Source: Adineta steineri
Lineage: Eukaryota
DNA length: 11,263 nucleotides
Assembly (NCBI GenBank): GCA_905250035.1
Contig: CAJNOE010000021.1
Span: 141,491 to 152,753 of the forward strand
Direction: 5' to 3'
Of the stretch, positions 6,983 to 11,263 are shown piece after piece. Below the pieces are notes generated by a model. That model ran no database searches. It was given only the letters and a program-made list of their open reading frames with translations, and was not told the origin of the DNA. The stretch's first letter is position 1, and every line of letters starts with the position of its first letter. The position numbers were made by a program, and so were the translations under genes.

Positions 6983-9900
6983 GTAAGTACAATATCGATT
7001 TCAAGATGTGTATATATCTTATATTTTAATGACAGAATTGATCGAAAAAAGACATCCTTTGGGTGGTGTTGGTGTTTGAAATGCTGTATTATTGGATCAT
7101 TACTAGCTGGAATAGGTTTAGCTGTTGTACTCACATTCTACGTGACCTCGAAAACAACTGCAACCGAAGCATTAAGTATGTAACAATTAAAATTGTTGCT
7201 TTCATGCTGATTATTTTCTCTTTTCGTTCATCACATGGAACAAAAAGATGACTGAGTACAGTTTTTAATTGAATAACAACCTATGATGAGACACAAATGA
7301 TAATATATTACATATATCATTCTCCTGTTGCCATTGTGAATAGTATTATTTTGATAGAATAGTTCATCGGTAATCTCATTTTTGTTGCTAACTCGCATCA
7401 GAAAATGTTGATTTGGTTTTTATGTATAAATACAATTAGTTCTATTCGAAACTTCAGATTTGCGCAAAGAATTTTAATAAAAAAGAATACCCTCAACATA
7501 GAACGTTCATCTAGAGAATTTATTTTAGTTTTCTGTATTTGTTTAATTAATATTTCTAGTTCTCGCAACCTCATCTTCTGGCTCATCAAGCAGCTTATCT
7601 GTATCAACCTCAATTGTCACTTCACCATCTTCATCATCAACAGGTATGATAAAAATTTATCTAATATTTCTATAGACAACAATCGACTGTTTATTCTAGT
7701 GAACTCCCATATATTTTTCGTTCAAAGACTAGTTACCTTAGTAATAGAGTGTTTTCAAGGAAAGTCTATAGAGAAGTTACACTGAGTTACATGATTTCAC
7801 AGGGTAAATTACACTTAATAATACTCTATTGGTCCTATTTTTTAATGGGCACAAATTAAATGGTCGGTTTTTTATTCAAAATGATCAGTAAAAGCGATCA
7901 GTAGTTTATTGTGAATTATCAGTAAAAAATTCAAAATAGGTGTGGGTGGATAAGAGATGGACAATCACAATCACACCCACACCCTAAGAGAAATATTTGA
8001 CAAGTGTTGGTGATTGGTAAAAATTTATTAAGAAACTTCAATGTAAACTAGAATCATGGTGTTTTACTTTTTGTTCACTAACTTGAGACAATTAAAACCT
8101 TTTGTTCTGCAAACATAGAAGAATTCTTATCCCTTTGAAAATATATTAGTAAGTTGTTGCGATAGCATCTGACTTAGTCTCCCAGGTCAACCAATCCAAC
8201 GTTGGATCCGATCGGATCTTATAGGATCCGATCATCCGACAAAATCCGATAGGATTCCTGGTGACGGATTTGCATTGGATTCCGTACGGAAAATTTTCAG
8301 TCACTTGCTGCAAATTTGATGAACGGCGTTTTTAGCTATTTTCTATGATGACCTTATGGTTACCTATCGGATCCGTCTAGATCCGTTTGTTGGAAATTGT
8401 GAGATCCGATGGGATCCGACCATAACGGAATCCGAAGTGATTCCGTCACCAGAAATCCTACAGGATTTTGTCGGATCGTCGGATTCCGATAGAATCCGGC
8501 ATAGGATCTGATTGGATCCAATCGGATCCGAATATGGGATTGGTGCACCTGGGCTGATGGCCTTTTTTTTCTCTCAAATATATGATTTTGAATTGTAATT
8601 TATCATTTCATGCTTTTTTAGTCTCGACAACATCAACATCAACATCAATATCAACAACAACCGAAATACCAGGTACGGGACGTATTGGTCTCTCGATTAG
8701 AAAGTAGTACGAAGATAGTTCTCTGTATAAAGGGTGTGGGTGTAAGACAGAGAGATACCCACACCGTCAGCCACCCACACGCTCACCCACATTCTCATCC
8801 ATACCCTGAAGATCTGAAAGAAAGACAGTGATTACAGGCCAGGGAAGGTCATTTTTCATTGTATTTTTTCCTCTCATGTCTAATTCTCCAATATCCAGAT
8901 CCAGTCGGATCTGGATATGATTTTAGAGAAACTAGTTGAGAGAGTTGTTAACTTATTGAGGAGTGTTTCGATCAAAATCGGACTATTTTAACACATAAAA
9001 AATATAATCGACTAAAAATATATCAGCTATTTCTTGACAAAACCATGGTAGCAAGGTTAGTGAAAACTTCCGAAATTAAAATCTCATTATAAGTTGTAAT
9101 CTACGGCGGAAATGATTTTGCAGAAAATTCATATAAAGATTTCACATGTAAGCGAGATGATTACTACATTCGAATGTTCCTTTCTAGTGGGGGTGCTTAG
9201 TGGCAGCATGAATACTGCACGATATCATCACACAGCATCCATATTGGCAAACGGAAATGTCTTAGTGGCTGGTGGATACAATGGTGCTTATTTGAGTAGT
9301 GCAGAGTTGTATAATCCATCTACTGGAGTCTGGACAACTAGTGGCAGCATGAACGCTGCACATGACGTTCACATAGCATCCGTATTGGCAAACGGAAATG
9401 TCTTAGTTGCTGGTGGAGAGAGTAATGGTGGTGTTGTATCGGGCAGTGCAGAATTATATAATGCATCTACTGGAGTCTGGACAACTACTAGTAGTATGAG
9501 TACTGCAAGATATTATCACACAGCTTCTATATTGACAAACGGAAATGTCTTAGTTGCTGGTGGACTGGGTACTGGTGTTGTCGTATTGAGTAGTGCAGAA
9601 GTATATAATGCATCTACTGAAGCCTGGACAACTACTGGCAACATGAACGCTGTACGATGGAATCACGCACAAGTCACTTTGACAAACGGAAATGTCTTAG
9701 TTGTTGGTGGATACGTTGGTAGTACCGTATTGAGTAGTGCAGAAGTGTATAATCCATATACTGGAGTCTGGACAACTATTGGCAGCATGAGTACTGTACG
9801 AGAGTATCACACAGCATCTATATTGCCAAACGGAGACGTCTTAGTTGCTGGTGGATACGATGGTGGAACTTATTTGAATAGTGTAGAAGTGTATAATCCA

Positions 9901-10047
9901 TCTACTGGAGTCTGGACAACTACTGGCAATATGAATGTTACACGAGGATTTCACACAGCATCTATATTGGCAAATGGAAAAGTTCTAGTTGTTGGTGGAA
10001 GGAATAGTGGTAGTGCTTATTTAAGTAGTACAGAACTATATGGATAA
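6873..10047 (+). CDS. Gene B, spliced model join(6873..6982,7036..7175,7560..7643,8622..8672,9188..10047): predicted 414-aa type II membrane protein with Ser/Thr stalk and extracellular kelch-like repeat domain
   Basis: ATG at 6873. All introns GT..AG. 110+140+84+51+860=1245 nt, open through every junction, stop TAA 10045-10047. The last three introns are all phase 1. Confidence 0.8.
7036..7175 (+). CDS. Gene B exon 2: (R)IDRKKTSFGWCWCLKCCIIGSLLAGIGLAVVLTFYVTSKTTATEAL, transmembrane signal-anchor
   Basis: aatgacag acceptor, gtatgt donor. The last ~110 nt are almost identical to gene A. Confidence 0.85.
7560..7643 (+). CDS. Gene B exon 3: Ser/Thr-rich stalk exon (I)LATSSSGSSSSLSVSTSIVTSPSSSST
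   Basis: tttctag acceptor, CAACAG|gtatga donor, 84 nt, phase 1 on both sides. I found no equivalent in gene A. Confidence 0.68.
7938..7988. repeat. Telomere-like hairpin element T4
   Basis: aggtgtgggtgga ... tcacacccacaccctaag. Confidence 0.75.
7985..8628 (+). repeat. Second duplicated block, copy B, interrupted by the 373-bp element at 8181-8553
   Basis: Same sequence order as 2744-3010 apart from the interruption. Confidence 0.85.
8181..8553. mobile_element. MITE/foldback-type non-autonomous DNA element with long terminal inverted repeats, GGATCC-rich
   Basis: Ends CCCAGGTCAACCAATCCAACGTTGGATCCGATCGGATC and (reverse complement of right end) CCCAGGTGCACCAATCCCATATTCGGATCCGATTGGATC. The inner arm ccgacaaaatccgataggattcctggtgacgga pairs with tccgtcaccagaaatcctacaggattttgtcgg. 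The element is absent from the paralogous intron at ~2940. Confidence 0.82.
8622..8672 (+). CDS. Gene B exon 4: Thr/Ser stalk exon (V)STTSTSTSISTTTEIP, homologous to gene A exon 3 but short
   Basis: The 60 bp preceding the acceptor match those before 3004. Donor CCAG|gtacgg. 51 nt, phase 1 on both sides. Confidence 0.72.
8730..8813. repeat. Telomere-like hairpin/composite element T5
   Basis: aagggtgtgggtgt ... atacccacacc, then ccacccacacgctcacccac ... ataccctgaagatct. Confidence 0.7.
9188..10047 (+). CDS. Gene B exon 5: kelch-like repeat / galactose-oxidase-like beta-propeller domain, about six repeats of 47-50 aa
   Basis: Repeated core [RH]xxHTASxLxNGxVLVxGGxxxxxxLSSxExYNPSTGxWTTxGxMN seen six times. 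Acceptor ttcctttctag at 9177-9187 in phase 1. Confidence 0.9.
9202..10047 (+). repeat. Tandem coding repeat, period about 141-150 bp, six units (kelch motifs)
   Basis: Recurring DNA blocks 'ggaaatgtcttagttgctggtgga' and 'tctggacaactactggcagcatgaa'. Confidence 0.9.
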
Positions 10048-10072
10048 TGATGATCGTAGTAGAAAGTTCTTT

Positions 10073-10078
10073 ATTAAA
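10073..10078 (+). promoter_or_regulatory. Candidate variant polyadenylation signal ATTAAA of gene B
   Basis: ATTAAA about 26 bp after the stop codon. Confidence 0.3.
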
Positions 10079-10759
10079 CTAGAACTTGAAATGTATTAAA
10101 ATATTTAATCTTCTATGCTTTGAAAACACTAATGTGCTATCCGCACATCATTCAGCCATTGCGTCTCTCTTCTTTCTTTTGTATGCTTTTCTCTATTATT
10201 TTTCTTTCTCTCCTTCTCATCATTGATATGTACATCGATTATTCTCTTACATACGATTATCACTTACTACGTTGCTCTCTTCACTTTTCATTTTCAATAG
10301 CTTATACGGCTTCTTTTTTCGAGATTTATTCGGGCTTATTTGTTTTATGGAACTCATTTGTTTTATCAATATATTTCTCTTTTCATTGTGTTAGAAGATA
10401 GCACATGTCATCCTCTCATTCTTCATATATGTCACATATGTTCAAATTTGTTATCTTTTCTGTTAGCATATATGAACATATGATAACGTGTGTTCTACAT
10501 CTCATCATCTATCTCTTTACTGTATCTCATCATCCTTCGTCTTTGTCTTTCGTGAAATATATACCACTGATGTTTTTGTAATAAATAATTTGATTCACTT
10601 ATCACTTACTCTCATCAACCTACATGTTCACACATTCACTTATTGCCATTAAAAAAATTCTCTTCCATTTCAAAATAAACATTGTTTACTATTCTCAACA
10701 TGAATATACTCATTAATATTTGTCTTTTATTTGATTATACCGTCTTTGAAATTTGAATA

Positions 10760-10832
10760 ATCTTAAGGGTGTGAGTGTGAGCATAGGTACTTCGCTTTTA
10801 ACATAACCCGCACTCACACCCACCCTCAAGAT
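10760..10832. repeat. Telomere-like hairpin element T6
   Basis: ATCTTAAGGGTGTGAGTGTG ... CACTCACACCCACCCTCAAGAT. Confidence 0.8.
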
Positions 10833-11118
10833 GGTTGATGGTGACGTTTAGATAAAAAAATCGATACCTCAAAAGTGAAAAAAAAGGAGAAAAAATCATC
10901 AAAATCAAATAAGATGGAGTTTTGTGGTATGAAAAAACTATGATGCCGATGAGCCGGACCGGAGATTTCTTTACTATATAATTAGGACAGTTTGAGCTTC
11001 AATCGCTGAAAGTTTCAGTCTGATTAGAGTAGGCCACTTTATATGTGGGAGATTTCTATGTGTTATGTATCAGAATCGTTTCATCAATGAAGACTACTAA
11101 TAATAGAAATAAAGCATG

Positions 11119-11263
11119 GATATTCATATTTATCGTATTATAATATCATCTAGATCAAATTTCTCTCTTCTGCTTCATTGTTCTTGATAGTTTATTAAAT
11201 TTTCAATCTTTTTTTCATACTTAAAAATTATGTTCGGGTATTCTTAAATTAATAATAAAATAA
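11119..11263 (+). repeat. Start of a third copy (copy C) of the duplicated upstream block, truncated by the window edge
   Basis: atattcatatttatcgta(c/t)tataatatcatctagatcaaatttctctcttc... is shared with 714-850. Confidence 0.85.

Larger units (their letters stand above)
6082..7256 (+). repeat. Duplicated block, copy B
   Basis: Same order of sequence as 791-2296, but lacking about 300 bp equivalent to 1209-1505. Confidence 0.85.

Noticed and set aside
7398-7785. Overlapping ORFs on both strands (7398-7613 - and 7405-7785 +)
   Set aside because: Composition-driven. The + ORF crosses the predicted exon 3 in a different frame from the one that maintains the gene B reading frame.
8360-8548. Minus-strand ORF MHQSHIRIRLDPIRSYAGF...
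   Set aside because: Lies wholly in the right arm of the foldback element; repetitive and not homologous to a known protein.
651-8820. CRISPR-like array interpretation of the spaced repeats
   Set aside because: The repeats are inverted hairpins at irregular kilobase distances in an intron-containing eukaryotic locus; no direct-repeat/spacer pattern or cas genes.
10120-10401. 93-aa ORF rich in F/L/I/S after gene B
   Set aside because: T/C-rich intergenic DNA generates hydrophobic reading frames; no paralog, splice support or recognizable domain.

Overview
AT-rich, intron-containing eukaryotic DNA. It is most plausibly from a bdelloid rotifer, inferred from TGTGGG/CCCACA telomere-type motifs, tiny introns and kelch-repeat surface-type proteins; species not proven. 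I reconstruct two adjacent + strand genes that the single-ORF track misses. Gene A is four exons (1916-2025, 2079-2215, 3004-3240, 4714-5009; 259 aa). Gene B is five exons (6873-6982, 7036-7175, 7560-7643, 8622-8672, 9188-10047; 414 aa). Both encode the same N-terminal cassette: a short cytoplasmic tail, a CCIIGSLLAGIGLAVVLTFYVTSKTTA signal-anchor and a Thr/Ser stalk. This is joined through uniformly phase-1 introns to unrelated C-terminal domains: a Cys-rich domain in A and six kelch-like repeats in B. The promoter-side sequence of a third unit begins at about 11118 and runs off the window, so this looks like a tandem array of 'same anchor, different ectodomain' genes. Further structures include a family of six short telomere-like hairpin elements (ends ATCTTGAGGGTGTGGGTG / inverse), several lying exactly at the edges of the duplicated blocks. 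There is also a ~373 bp long-TIR foldback/MITE-like element, rich in GGATCC, inside an intron of gene B. No RNA genes, CRISPR array or prokaryotic-type system were found.
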